A stretch of DNA of 64,000 bases, from positions 16,120,001 to 16,184,000 of the forward strand of contig OZ024762.1 in assembly GCA_964016885.1 (NCBI GenBank), written 5' to 3'. Each line of letters begins with the position of its first letter. Within the stretch, counting starts at the first letter, position 1. Source of the DNA: Eledone cirrhosa (taxonomy: Eukaryota). Under the pieces are notes generated by a model that did not search any database, was not told the DNA's origin, and worked only from the letters and a program-made list of their open reading frames with translations. Shown one piece after another: positions 31,531 through 48,786 of the stretch. The translations under genes and the position numbers were made by a program.

Positions 31531-31979
31531 TATATATATATATATATATATATGTATGTTATATATATATATATATATATGATATAATATAAATATTTCA
31601 ATGGTATATTAATAAATTATTCTCCTGACTTTTTATTGAAATATATTCATCATCATTTTAAGTTTTTATGGTTTTAGCCACTTTTCAAAGTTTTTCTTTT
31701 CATTTAACATTTTGCAGTTCTGACATTTATGTTAAAACTTTTCCTACCAATATTCAGGAGTATTTTTTTTTCTAAATAGTTTTGTAGGTATTTTTCACTT
31801 TTCATTCTTTTTACTTCATCTAGGCATTAAAAATTTCTTTTTTAATGCCTAAATGTAATTTACCTGACTTTTACAACTATTATTTCTAGTGATCACCTGT
31901 TATTACGTTTATTTTTTTGCGTTTGGGACTCTCCAAATTTCAAATGCTCCCAGCACTTTGATAATTCATAAGGTTTATT

Positions 31980-35568
<3,589 letters not shown>

Positions 35569-35887
35569 TTGCTTAGCTTTCTAATCTTTTTCCTCTCACA
35601 TTCATCTTTACACTATCAATTATTAATTATACAGTATATCTACTCACATACACACACATCAATATATAGCATAATATTTTTAATTACATATATATATATA
35701 TATATATAAACACACAGATATATATATGTATGTACTTTTTAGATTTGGAGATTTTTATGGGTTGATTTTCTAATTTTCTTTTTTATTGTGTTTCATCATG
35801 GATCATGAAACCACTGGTTCTTATTTTTATCGATAATCCCTGTTCACTTATCCTCAGACTTTTTACTTTATATATATATTTATATAT

Positions 35888-36232
35888 TTCTTAAGCAATG
35901 GGCCAATGGACATAGTTTCTTTGGTTCAATCTGATGATCAGCTCCTTTTCTTAAACAATGGAAAGACCAATGAACACATTGCTTCATTGGTTTGATTTGA
36001 TGATCAGCTCCTTTTCTTAAGCAATGGAAAGACCCATGAAAACATTTCTTCCTTGGTTTGATTTGATGTTTGCGTCCTTTTCTTATGCAATGGAAAGACT
36101 AATGGAAGCATAGTTTCCTTGGTCTGATCTGATGATCTGCTCCTTTTCTGATACAATGGAAAGACTTAATGGAAGCATAGTTTTCTTGGTCTGATCGGAT
36201 AATTGGCTTGTTTCCTTTTCTTTCAAGCAATG
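35888..36232. repeat. Degenerate tandem repeat of about 60-66 bp, about 5 copies
   Basis: Recurring TTCTTAAGCAATGGAAAGAC...TTGGT.TGAT.TGATGATC.GCTCCTT. Confidence 0.75.
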
Positions 36233-36996
36233 CAAGAATGAATGTTCTGACCAAAATGTTTTGTTTATGCTTTCAAACATAGAATAAAAATGCTTGACGG
36301 AAAAGACCCAGTGTTCCTTTGGGATTTGTAATTCTTCTGACTTGATGTCTGTTGTAATTAGACTGGTGGCAACAAATGAAGAAAGCATTGTCATAAGACT
36401 TTAATCTTAAAATCAAATTCATTTTTTTATACGCTCATAACCCTTTCAATACCAAACTGCCTAAAACCACCCCTGGTTCTGTGATACAAATCTATTTATT
36501 TTTAAGTGATTATATTTATCTAGAAACCTTCATCATTTTATTTAAGAACCTTTGTGTTCCAAACACCAACTTAATAATTAGAAAGTTAATTACTTTACTA
36601 AATCTCTCCAAATTCTTGATTATTTTCAAAATTATTTGAAAATTATAGGTAGTGGCTTTTATTAGAAATTTGGTACATTTTTTATATCAAATCACCCCTG
36701 ATTTTTAAAAAATAAAACCTCCTCATTTTATAGGGTTTCTATTTAAATTAAAACATTCCAATATAAATTCATTTAAGGACCTATTGTCATATTGTGTCAC
36801 AAATACCATCAAATAGTTAATAATTTAAATAAACACTTTCGCGCATTTTCCATTCATTCACATATAGTAAATGGTTACAAAAGAGTTCATCTTCACACAC
36901 ACACTGTTGGGTTAATAAAGATTACAAAAGATTGCAAATGGTCTCCATTAAAAAAAATAATGTGGTTTTTTTTTCTTCCAAAATTTTCTAGAACAC

Positions 36997-37039
<43 letters not shown>

Positions 37040-37259
37040 CTGTTGATAATTATAATTGTGATAATATTAAAAGTTTTAATAATGATAATAATAATAATAA
37101 TAATAATAACAATTATTCTGAATTCTCCCACTATTCATTGTAGGAAAACTGGGGGTGGGGAAAGAAACCCTTAGCAAGTCTTTTATGCTGCTGTCTTTTA
37201 CCTGCACGCTTTATATAACGGACTGATTAGCAATGAGATGTTTATTTATATATTTATTT

Positions 37260-37465
37260 ATTTTCATTATCATACACTGGCAGAAACAAAATATTTGGTC
37301 CCTTATTCATGACTCTTGCCTCCAATATTCGGTCCCCTACCCTAGTTGACCTCCACCAATTCCTACATTCGACTTTTGGCTGCCCTCTGGTTCTTCTCCA
37401 CTGCCTTGGCGTCCACTCTGTCACTCTAACAGTCCATCTATTGTCTCTGAAACAAGAGACATGGC
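37260..37465 (-). mobile_element. Old RTE-like LINE 3' fragment
   Basis: Minus strand HVS...DNRWTVRVTEWTPRQWRRTRGQP resembles an RTE C-terminus. Confidence 0.55.
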
Positions 37466-38159
37466 TGTGTATGTATGTGTGTATATATATATACATCATC
37501 ATCATCGTTTAATGTCCATTTTCCACACGAGCAAGGGTAGGTCAGGTCAGGCAGTCCCTTTGTGAGAAATCAGGTCAGAGGACCATGATTCAGATGCACG
37601 GAACTGATTTTGGCTTGTTTTCTACAGCTGGATGCCCTTCCTAACGCCAACCACATTTACACACACACACACACGTGTGTGTGTGTAATGTATTTCTATC
37701 ATGAAGCAATAATTGTGTATAAAAAGAAACCAAGTACCCAGTCCAATAAACAAAACAAAACACAACAAAGAAAACTGCCGTGCATGACAGAATGATCAAA
37801 TAAATATATAAATACATATATAATCTTACACAACAGATATTTAGTGATTTTGTCTTTCTGTCTCTACCCCTTTATCTCTCACTCGCGCTCTCTGTCTTTA
37901 TGTTGTTGCAATTATCCTTTTGTTTTTTGTGTTTTTTGTTTGTTTGTCCAATCTAAATCAATGTCTTGTGGCTTGATTTTTAACACTGTGATGGTATGAC
38001 AGTCCCTTGTACATACGATACACTCACACACACACATATATATATATGATCTTACATAACACATATGTAATTGTAAATCATTTCTCAAAACAGTTGCATG
38101 CTACCTAAGGTTTCAAAGCTTCCTCTAGCCGAGGTCATTTATTGCTTGAAATATGAGCG

Positions 38160-39841
38160 ACAAGAGCAGTTATAGTTTCTGTATGACTGCTGCTCCTGAA
38201 ATATAAGCAACACTACCAGTTATAGTATCTCTATGACTGCTGCTCCTGAAATATACGCAACACTAGCAGTTATAGTATCTGTATGACTGCTGCTCCTGAA
38301 ATATAAGCAACACTAGCAGTTATAGTATCTGTATGACTGCTGCTCCTGAAATATAGTCCTCACTAGCAGTTATAGTATCTGTATGACTGCTGCTCCTGAA
38401 ATATAAGCAACACTAGCAGTTATAGTATCTGTATGACCTCTGCTCCTGAAATATACGCAACACTAGCAGTTATAGTTTCTGTATGACTGCTGCTCCTGAA
38501 ATATACGCAACACTAGCAGTTATAGTATCTGTATGACTGCTGCTCCTGAAATATAGTCCTCACTAGCAGTTATAGTATCTGTATGACTGCTGCTCCTGAA
38601 ATATAGTCCTCACTAGCAGTTATAGTATCTGTATGACCTCTGCTCCTGAAATATATGCAACACTAGCAGTTATAGTATCTGTATGACTGCTGCTCCTAAA
38701 ATATACGCAACACTAGCAGTTATAGTATCTGTATGACTGCTGCTCCTGAAATATAAGCAACACTAGCAGTTATAGTTTCTGTATGACTGCTGCTCCTGAA
38801 ATATACGCAACACTAGCAGTTATAGTATCTGTATGACTGCTGCTCCTGAAATATAGTCCTCACTAGCAGTTATAGTATCTGTATGACCTCTGCTCCTGAA
38901 ATATATGCAACACTAGCAGTTATAGTATCTGTATGACTGCTGCTCCTAAAATATACGCAACACTAGCAGTTATAGTATCTGTATGACTGCTGCTCCTGAA
39001 ATATAAGCAACACTAGCAGTTATAGTTTCTGTATGACTGCTGCTCCTGAAATATACGCAACACTAGCAGTTATAGTATCTGTATGACTGCTGCTCCTGAA
39101 ATATAGTCCTCACTAGCAGTTATAGTATCTGTATGACTGCTGCTCCTGAAATATAAGCAACACTAGCAGTTATAGTATCTGTATGACCTCTGCTCCTGAA
39201 ATATACGCAACACTAGCAGTTATAGTTTCTGTATGACTGCTGCTCCTGAAATATACGCAACCCTAGCAGTTATAGTATCTGTATGACTGCTGCTCCTGAA
39301 ATATAAGCAACACTAGCAGTTATAGTTTCTGTATGACTGTTGTTCCTGAAATATAAGCAACCCTAGCAGTTATAGTATATGTATGACTGCTGCTCCTGAA
39401 ATATACGCAACACTAGCAGTTATAGTATCTGTATGACTGCTGCTCCTGAAATATACGCAACACTACCAGTTATAGTATCTGTATGACTGTTGCTTCTGAA
39501 ATATAAGCAACACTAGCAGTTATAGTATCTGTATGACTGCTGCTTCTGAAATATAAGCAACACTAGCAGTTATAGTATCTGTATGACCTCTGCTTCTGAA
39601 ATATAAGCAACACTAGCAGTTACAGTACCTGTAATTACCTCTGCTTCTGAAATATAAGCAACACTAGCAGTTATAGTATCTGTATGACCTCTGCTTCTGA
39701 AATATAGTCCTCACTAGCAGTTATAGTATCTGTATGACCTCTGCTTCTGAAATATAGTCCTCACTAGCAGTTATAGTACCTGTATGACCTCTGCTTCTGA
39801 AATATAGTCCTCACTAGCAGTTATAGTACCTGTATGACCTC
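38160..39841. repeat. 50-bp minisatellite, about 33 copies
   Basis: Unit CACTAGCAGTTATAGTATCTGTATGACTGCTGCTCCTGAAATATAAGCAA. Confidence 0.98.
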
Positions 39842-40675
39842 CTTGAGAGTGTGCTTTGAAACCTAAGGCAGCATGCATCTCTATTAAGAAATTATATATA
39901 ATTATATACACAGACATATATATGTATATATATATATATATATTTCCACTGTTGTATGTTGAGGCATTTTGTTTGCTTTTAGCTTAATTAACCTTCATCC
40001 TAACGGTAGACAATATTGTTTTCTGTATTAATGTATTGTATGTTATGTATGCAATATATGTTATGTGTATATAATGTTATGGTCAGTGGTCTTGCTGTGG
40101 TCAATTTCTGTGTGTCCGTGTGCGTTTTTTAAAATTATTATTATTGGTAACCAGACTATATTATTTATTGTACTTCATATGTTAAAGTTCTTTAACTCTT
40201 GGTTGACTTTCAATATTTTGTGTTTGTTTCTTGACTTGTATCTGTCTGTGTGTGTATGTTTGACTGTGTATGTGGGTTTGGCCGTGTGTGTGTGTGTGTG
40301 TTTGACCGTGTATGTGTGTGTGTGTGTGACTCTGTATGTGTGTGTATGGCGGTGGGTGTATACTTAATATTTTCCAGTATATTTTGATATAAGAACTGAG
40401 CACTTGGTAGAGTGTGGGAATGTAAGTAGGAGAGTTGCACGACCCAGACTCTGTTCTATCCAGGAAGTCAGTGACTCCACTCCAGAGCTAACTTGGTCTG
40501 TGATGACCCTTCCAACTCTTGCTTGCTTGGAAAATGTTTGTTATAAATGCTATCTTAATGAAATCATTTTTACGTTCAATCTTCCATCCTGTCATGATAT
40601 ATATATGTGCGTGTTTGTGTGTGTATATATATATATATATAAATATATATGTGCGTGTGTGTGTATTTATATATA

Positions 40676-40898
40676 TAGGGTGTCCCCAAAAATGATATAC
40701 ACACTTTGATTACTTGTACTGGCAATATTTATTAGAATGTTGTTGAAGTGTATATACATTTTTGGGGCACACTATGTGTGTATGTGTGTATATATATACA
40801 CACACACACATGCAGGGTGTCACAAAAATATATACACTTCAACAACATTCTAATAAATATTGCCTGTACAGGTAATCAAAGTTTTGGGGACACCTTGT
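40676..40898. mobile_element. Two short mariner-type MITEs in opposite orientation
   Basis: About 40676-40773 and 40813-40898; same family as the outer element at 17080 and 48787-49010. Confidence 0.7.
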
Positions 40899-41240
40899 AT
40901 ATAGACACAGTACAGCTACTCTCGCAATATATATATATATACACTCATAATGTATCTGTGTATGTGAGTGTGTGTACGCCTATGTGTGTGTGTGTGCAAA
41001 GCCGTGTACTGAAGTGGTAAGTAACTGTTGTTTCTAGATTGAAAAAAGAAACGCAGGTGAAATAATTAATATATTTTGGTCCATAAATGTGTCATCGTGT
41101 TCTAGTATTGATTGATTATCAATACATTTCTATAGATCAATGAAATGTCATGCCATCTATTATTATTCTGATTGCTGCATCCTCAAGGGTGATGGTCATG
41201 TTATTTTCTATATCTCTGATGGAAATAACTTGGGTTGGGC

Positions 41241-42170
41241 TGTGTCTGGATATGATGTAGTGGTGTGTTGTTAGTGTTTAGTTGTGGGAGTGTGTTGTGT
41301 CTGCATATGATGTAGTGGTGTGTTGTTAGTGTTTAGTTGTGGGAGTGTGTTGTGTCTAGATATGATGTAGTGGTGTGTTGTCAGTGTTTAGTTGTGGGAG
41401 TGTGTTGTGTCTGGATATGATGTAGTGGTGTGTTGTTAGTGTTTAGTTGTGGGAGTGTGTTGTGTCTGGATATGATGTAGTGGTGTGTTGTTAGTGTTTA
41501 GTTGTGGGAGTGTGTTGTGTCTGCATATGATGTAGTGGTGTGTTGTTAGTGTTTAGTTGTGGGAGTGTGTTGTCTGGATATGATGTAGTGGTGTGTTGTT
41601 AGTGTTTAGTGGTGGGAGTGTGTTGTGTCTGGATATGATGTAGTGGTGTGTTGTTAGTGTTTAGTTGTGGGAGTGTGTTGTGTCTGGATATGATGTAGTG
41701 GTGTGTTGTTAGTGTTTAGTGGTGGGAGTGTGTTGTGTCTGGATATGATGTAGTGGTGTGTTGTTAGTGTTTAGTTGTGGGAGTGTGTTGTGTCTGGGTA
41801 TGATGTAGTGGTGTGTTGTTAGTGTTTAGTTGTGGGAGTGTGTTGTGTCTGGATATGATGTAGTGGTGTGTTGTTAGTGTTTAGTTGTGGGAGTGTGTTG
41901 TGTCTGGGTATGATGTAGTGGTGTGTTGTTAGTGTTTAGTTGTGGGAGTGTGTTGTGTCTAGATATGATATAGTGGTGTGTTGTGGGAGTGTGTTGTAGT
42001 TGTGTTGTGTCTGGATATGATGTAGTGGTGTGTTGTGAGTGTTTAGTTGTGGGAGTGTGTTGTAGTTATGTTGTGTCTAGATATGATATAGTGGTGTGTT
42101 GTGGGAGTGTGTTGTAGTTGTGTTGTGTCTGGATATGATGTAGTGGTGTGTTGTTAGTGTTTAGTTGTTA
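41241..42170. repeat. 55-bp GT-rich minisatellite, about 16-17 copies
   Basis: Unit TGTGTCTGGATATGATGTAGTGGTGTGTTGTTAGTGTTTAGTTGTGGGAGTGTGT. Confidence 0.97.
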
Positions 42171-42705
42171 GACATATTATAGGGGTTACTGTGTGTTGTG
42201 GGAGTATATCTAGATGTGTGTTGTGGGTGTGTGTCTAGATGTGTTGTTGGACATGTAGTTTTTAATGGATGTACTTACACTCTTCTTTTCAAATCCTATT
42301 GGGCCCTATTGTGCTTATCATTCTGTCGGGGTCAGAAATACATCCCCACCCAAAAACTGCCAACCCAGTGCTTGTGCGCAACCCTCTTTAGCTGTGGATG
42401 TTCTGATGGGGGTGGGGAATCTTGTGACTGCATGAGGACCTAAAGAAAAGCATGGTCCCTACTACCAATTCATAGTTGACTGTAAGTGACAGCCTTAATA
42501 ATGTGCATTAATATGTGCATGTGCATGTGTGAAAGTTTACACTACCACAGTTCTGGAGCTATGACAGTGTAATAACTTTAGCCCTTAACATCCTGTACCA
42601 CATGAAACCCAATTAGAAAGGCATTCTTGATAAAGATTATCATACACCACATTAAATATTGAAGTCTTTACTCTACTACTGCAATTTTCACAACAGTCTC
42701 ACAAC

Positions 42706-43018
42706 CTTGCAATCGAAAGGTTGTGAGTTCAATTCTCAGACCGGGTGATGTGTTGTTTCCTTGAGCAAGACACTTTATTTCACATTGCTCCAGTTTACTC
42801 GGCTGTAGAAATGAGATGATAGGGACTGGGGTCCCTATCATTCCACTGCAAAGTGGATGTGGAGGTGCCACGGCAAAAAAGCACCCAGCACTCACTGTAA
42901 ATGAGGTTGGTGTTAGGAAGAGCATCCAACTGTAGAAATGAAGCCAGCATCAGTTCCCGTCCCACCCTTGCAAGCAGGGAAAAAGCGGTCGTAAAATGAA
43001 ATGATGATGATGATGATG
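42706..43018 (+). mobile_element. tRNA-derived SINE with RTE-type tail
   Basis: B-box GAGTTCAATTC, central CCTTGAGCAAGACACTT domain, tail CCCACCCTTGCAAGCAGGGAAAAAGCGG.CGTAAAATG(ATG)n. Confidence 0.88.
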
Positions 43019-44339
43019 AATCTGTTCATCAGTAAATATACTATAAACATTTGAATTAAGAAACCTGTTTTTAAAGACATTTTCTGCTAAATCATTACAG
43101 GATGTTAAGAGTTATATAATAATAATATATGGAGCAAGCATATTTTTAACGAGTTAACTCTAATTACTCATTGTTGTAACATTGTATTTAAAAGACATCT
43201 AAATGTACATTGGTGTAACCCAGGGTTCAGGGACATTTTCAATCTGAAAGATCTGTAAGGCACTTCTGCCCATCTCTAAAGGTACTTTACCTGATTTTCT
43301 CAACTATTATTTATAGTGATTGACTATTAATATGGTCTGTTGCATTGGAATGCACACAATTTAAAAAAAATGATGAAAATTCTAATAGTAATTGAAATTA
43401 TTGGTGCCACGTAATTTATTTATTATAATGCGTGTTTTTGACTATCAAAAATAGCCTTAATTGGGTATTCTGGCCCTTGAGATGGAAAAAAGGGGACAGT
43501 ATCGCCACAAATTTTTTTCATAGTCAAAAACCTGCTTTGAAGTAGTTAACTTTAAGCTTCCATGAATTCAAGATTCATAAATCACTCAATGCTCCTAAAA
43601 ATATGATTGTTTACATATATATGCATATATATATATATATGTATGCATGTATGTATAACGTCTGTGAATATCTGCTATGAAAAGAGCTCTGTTTTTTATA
43701 TATGTATATATGTATGTATAATATCTGAGTGTGTGTAATTAAAAGAGGTATGTGATTATATATATATGTATACATGTATGTATGTATAATGTCTGTGAGT
43801 GTGTGTAATTAAAAGAGCCCTTTTTTATATATGTATATATGTGTTTATATACTTGTATGTATGTATAATGACTGAGTGTGTGTTAAAAGATGTCTGTTTT
43901 TTTTATGTGGAAACGTTTAATATTAAATGATGTGCGTAAAATATTTGATATTCATTCCATGATCTATTCTTGTCTTTAACCTATCAAACCTACATTGTGT
44001 AAAGAAGTCCACCATTTTAATGTCATTATACACTAAGACATATGATGGTTATAGCAGTGATATATGTACACATACATACATATATATATACACATATATA
44101 TATAATTAGATATATAGATGGAAAAATTACCTTTTAAAACATTTAAAATTCTTTACATGTTTCAAGGGCATTGAGGTTTTTCTAAACTGTTTGGCAAATA
44201 TATACTACCATCTTTGCATAAAATTGGGTTTCCTGCTATTTCAAGCATTAAACTAATATATTCCTTCCATATACTGTACCGATTATGTTGTTATTCCTGT
44301 TTACCTTTTACGTGTATATATATATATATATATATATAT

Positions 44340-44680
44340 CATCATCATCATCATCATTTCATTTTACGTCTGCTTTTTCCCTGCTTGCAAGGGTGGGACG
44401 GGAACTGATGTTGGCTTGATTTCTACAGCTGGATGCCCTTCCTAACACCAACCTCATTTACAGTGAGTGCTGGGTGCTTTTTTTGCCGTGGCACCTCCAC
44501 GACCACTTTGCAGTGGAATGATATGGACCCCAGTCCCTATCATCTCATTTCTACAGCTGAGTAAACTGGAGCAATGTGAAATAAAGTGTCTTGCTCAAGG
44601 AAACAACACATCACCCGGTCTGAGACTTGAACTCACAACCTTTCGATTGCAAGGCCAATGCCTTAACCACTAAGCCATGT
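44340..44680 (-). mobile_element. tRNA-derived SINE, nearly full length
   Basis: A-box TGGCTTAGTGG and B-box on the minus strand; reverse complement of the 42706 copy. Confidence 0.88.
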
Positions 44681-45309
44681 ATATATATATTTATATAAAA
44701 GGTAAACAGGAATAACAAAACAATTGACACAGTACATGCCAGGAATATATTAGTTTAATGCTTGAAATAGCAGGAAGAGAAGCTTAATGTTTCGATGCTA
44801 GTCCTTCATTGGAAGAAAGAATGAGAAATTCAAGAAGAAATAGAAGGATTGAGGAGTCAGGCAGAGCTTGTGTTGTGTGTGTGTGTGTGTGTGTGTGTAA
44901 ATATAGTATCATCAGAAAATGCATGCAGTTACATAACATAAACAGACAAATGCATCTCTCTCATCAGTCACCTTGCTGGAAGTGCAGTTTCATGTATGAA
45001 GGTGATATTGCTATTAGGTTATATTGATATTGCTGAGAGCTCATCACCACTATCATCATCATCATCACCATACTTCCCTACCTCTGTCTCTCTCCTTCTC
45101 TCTCTTACCATATAAAAATTATAATTGTCAGAAGAATTAATAAAACCATGTTTATCATTTGGATTTTTAAATATTTTATATAAACAATGTTTTAAAGTTA
45201 TATTTTTTTGGCCCAAGTGATAAACAGTATTTTATTAATTAATTTTTCTGACAATTATACTTTATTAATATATATAATATATATATAGTAATAATAATGA
45301 AAACCCAAA

Positions 45310-45342
<33 letters not shown>

Positions 45343-45599
45343 GTTATCTCTTATTTGGGGCCTGAGTCTCAGATGGGAGTTACTCTACCTTATAATAAAA
45401 TCACAATGAATGGGCTGAATGTAACTTGTATGTAAGCATGGCTGTATGGTTAAGTAGTTTCTTCATCAACCATGTCGTTTCATATTCAATCCCACCGTGG
45501 GGCACTTCAAGCAAGTGTTTTCTACTATAGCCTCATATTGACAAATGTGTCTTGTCAGGGAAATTGAAAGCCCATTGTTTAATATCATAATAAATTGCT

Positions 45600-45957
45600 T
45601 CCAGTCCACACTGTCAGGTGGTAGTGCTGGTGCTATGACAAAATGCTCCCAGTATACACTGTAAGGTGGTAGTGCTGGTGCTATGACAAAATGCTCCCAG
45701 TATACACTGTAAGGTGGTAGTGCTGGTGCTATGACAAAATGCTCCCAGTATACACTGTAAGGTGGTAGTGCTGGTGCTATGACAAAATGCTCCCAGTATA
45801 CACTGTAAGGTGGTAGTGCTGGTGCTATGACAAAATGCTCCCAGTATACACTGTAAGGTGGTAGTGCTGGTGCTATGACAAAATGCTCCCAGTCCACTCT
45901 GTAAGGTGGTAGTGCCAGAGTCATGAGGAAATACACCCAGTACACCCTGTAAAGTGG
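45600..45957. repeat. 48-bp tandem repeat, about 7 copies, inside a SINE-like element (about 45435-46090)
   Basis: Unit CTCCCAGTATACACTGTAAGGTGGTAGTGCTGGTGCTATGACAAAATG. Confidence 0.92.
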
Positions 45958-46379
45958 CTGGCATTAAGAAAGTTATCTAGCCATAGAAACCAAGCCAAAC
46001 ACAGAGCGTAGAAGCAAGATGTGTTTACATGATTGATCTAGCTTCAGGTTAGGACATCTCATAGAAAATAGATGTTAAATGGGGATAATGATGTGTGTGT
46101 ATATATATGTATGTAGGTGTATATTTTTGTATGTATGTGTGTGTGTGTATATATATACACACATATATGCATACACATGCATATTTATATGTACATGTGT
46201 GTGTGTGTGTGTGTGTATATGTATGTATATATATATATATTGTTTTCTACTTAGAAAATAGAGATCAACACTCTACCGACCAGTATTGAGTTATTTCAAT
46301 TAATGATTGAATGTTTTAAATACTACAGTATTTAAACATATATTCTAATATACATAAATATAAATATACATATACATAT

Positions 46380-46843
46380 CGATGGAAGACGCGGAGTGGA
46401 GAGATCCATGAAGACCTGGGATGAGGTGATAAAATCCGACCTTACCCAATTGCACCTCTCAAAGGCGACTGTGACCTCTGGCATCATGCAGTAATACAGA
46501 AGACCTCCCACGGGTACAAGCTGAAGCTGAAGCATATAGACAATATGTCCCCACACCCTCCCACTGTAAAGTGGACGTTGAGGTGCCATGTAAAAAAAGC
46601 ACCCAGCCCACACTGTAAAGTGGACGTGGAGGTGCCACGGCAAAAAAGTACCCAGCCCACACTGTAATTGAGGTTGGTGTTAGGAAGGGCATCCAGCTGT
46701 AGAAATCAAGCCAGAATCAGTTCCCATATGAGCAAGACATGGTCAGCTAACCGGGCACTGCCCACAACAGAACAACCCGTCTAACCCATGCTAGCATGGA
46801 ATAATGGACGTAAAACGGTGATGATGATGATGATGATGATGAT
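46380..46843 (+). mobile_element. RTE 3' fragment plus SINE-like 3' segment
   Basis: Similar to 10085-10230 (AAGACCTGGGA...AATCCGACCTTAC), followed by the shared SINE body and a (GAT)n tail. Confidence 0.7.
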
Positions 46844-47010
46844 ATATATGCACACACACATATATGCATACACGTTCATATTTATAGGTACATATACGTG
46901 TTTGTGTGTGTATAAATATGTGTGTATATGATGTGTATGTCTGTCTTACCTTGTAGTGAGATATATTTCTCTACATGGTGGTGTGACTGTCTTTACCTTG
47001 TATCCCCTAG

Positions 47011-47085
47011 GATGAAACCATCAACCGAAGAGATAAGAAAGATAGAACTGCAACATTGAATGACAATACTTTACTGAATGGACAG
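47011..47085 (+). CDS. DOT1L: Probable DOT1L exon after the catalytic domain (DETINRRDKKDRTATLNDNTLLNGQ)
   Basis: ctttaccttgtatcccctag acceptor, gttagc donor, 75 nt, phase 0/0, open frame; charged sequence as expected after KNPKLR. Confidence 0.75.
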
Positions 47086-47189
47086 GTTAGCTTCCATACT
47101 TTCATGTCCCCCTCATTTTCACTCTCTCTCTCTCCTCACTACCTCGTCTTTTTTCTTCCTCTCCCCGTCTTATATTTTCATATCATTAA

Positions 47190-47611
47190 CCCTTTAGCAT
47201 TTACATTACTCTATATCTACTATTGTATTTTCACAGTAAAGGCTTCACCTCACATAATATCTCATAACATTTACATAACTCTATACTATTATATTTTCAC
47301 AGTAAAGACTTTACCTCACATAATATCTCATAACATTTACATAACTCTATACTATTGTATTTTCACAGTAAAGGCTTTACCTCACATAATATCTCACATA
47401 ACATTTACATTACTCTATATATACTATTATATTTTTATGGTAAAGGCTTTACCTCATAATTATCTCACATAATATCGAATCTATGAGATTTTGAAAGTAT
47501 TTATTTTGAGAACAATACCTTAACATCAGTTTGAGTGACCAGTTACAGCCAGTTTGAACAGAAAGAGGTAGAGAATTCTGGCTAGTTTTGGCCGGTTTGA
47601 ACATTAAAGGG
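47190..47611. mobile_element. TTAA-specific (piggyBac-like) MITE with internal tandem expansion
   Basis: TTAA|CCCTTTAGC...TAAAGGG|TTAA; same family as 17128, 59200 and about 7626-7832. Confidence 0.78.
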
Positions 47612-47710
47612 TTAAACTCATACATTTTCCTCTCTCGGGCAATATATATGCATTTGTTTCTTCCGTTATAACTTGTAGCCACTCTCTATGTATATACGCG
47701 TATCGATAGA

Positions 47711-47762
<52 letters not shown>

Positions 47763-47782
47763 AATGTGTGTGTGTGTGTGTG

Positions 47783-47833
<51 letters not shown>

Positions 47834-47941
47834 GTATATATGTATGAATGTATGTGTATGTGTGAGTGTGTATGTATATATATATATGTATGAATGTGTG
47901 TGTGTGTGTATATACATATATATATATAAAGGAAAATAGTT

Positions 47942-48085
47942 AGGACCCCGATGGCAGAGCTCAAGCCGTTTTGACAGCTATTTCTGGATTCCAGAAATAG
48001 CTGTCGAAACGGCTTGAGCTCTGCCGTGGGGGTCCTGACTCTTTTCTTATTACCCACTCTACTACCCAAAGTATTGAGTACTCTA
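47942..48085. repeat. Palindromic repeat family member
   Basis: Arms 47942-47988 and 47990-48036 (1-nt centre), plus the tail shared with about 16545. Confidence 0.85.
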
Positions 48086-48746
48086 CTCATACTCATGTTA
48101 AGGTATTGTACTCAAAATCCTAGATTTGATGTTATGTGAGGTAAAGCCTTTACCATGAAAATACAATAGTATATATAGAGTAATGTAAATGTTAAAGAGC
48201 TAAAGTCAATCATATTGGCCCCACTACCTTATTAGGTGTCTTAGTATGAAAAGGGCTGAAACCTATATTGTTAGCCCTTAGTCAAAAACAGATTGTCTAT
48301 ACTGTTCTATGTCATATCTTTATTGTTTTCTTGGTCTGTGTGTATGTGTGCATGCATGTTTATTTGTATGTGTGCATGCATGTGTTTCTTTGTGTGTGTA
48401 TGTGGGCATGCATGCATGTGTAAATGTGTGTGTGCATGCAGGTGTTTGTGTATCTCCAGTTACTAACAAATTCCAGTTATGTCCTTATATCATTGTGTAA
48501 TGTCTACAGAAATGTGGGTAATATTTTTTTCTCATTTGCTTTTGATGCTCTCAGGCTTCCTTTTTCCTGCTCCCTTTGTCTGCAACTTTTGGTTTTTAAA
48601 TATATTCTTTTAGATAGAAATGTTACCCCTATGTTTGCTTACTGTGGTGGCATGTTGAAACCTTACTGCAAAGGTTTAGTTAAGGGGACACATATTTAAG
48701 GATGGCATTATATTGTGTTAGACTAGTTTTTGTTAAACTGCAACAT

Positions 48747-48786
<40 letters not shown>

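Noticed and set aside
35925-35970. CTGATGA...GAAA within the 60-66-bp repeat
   Set aside because: No stem II or stem III pairing.
41038-41056. Possible 19-nt microexon (tttctag|ATTGAAAAAAGAAACGCAG|gtgaaa)
   Set aside because: It would shift the frame between two phase-0 exons; no other support.
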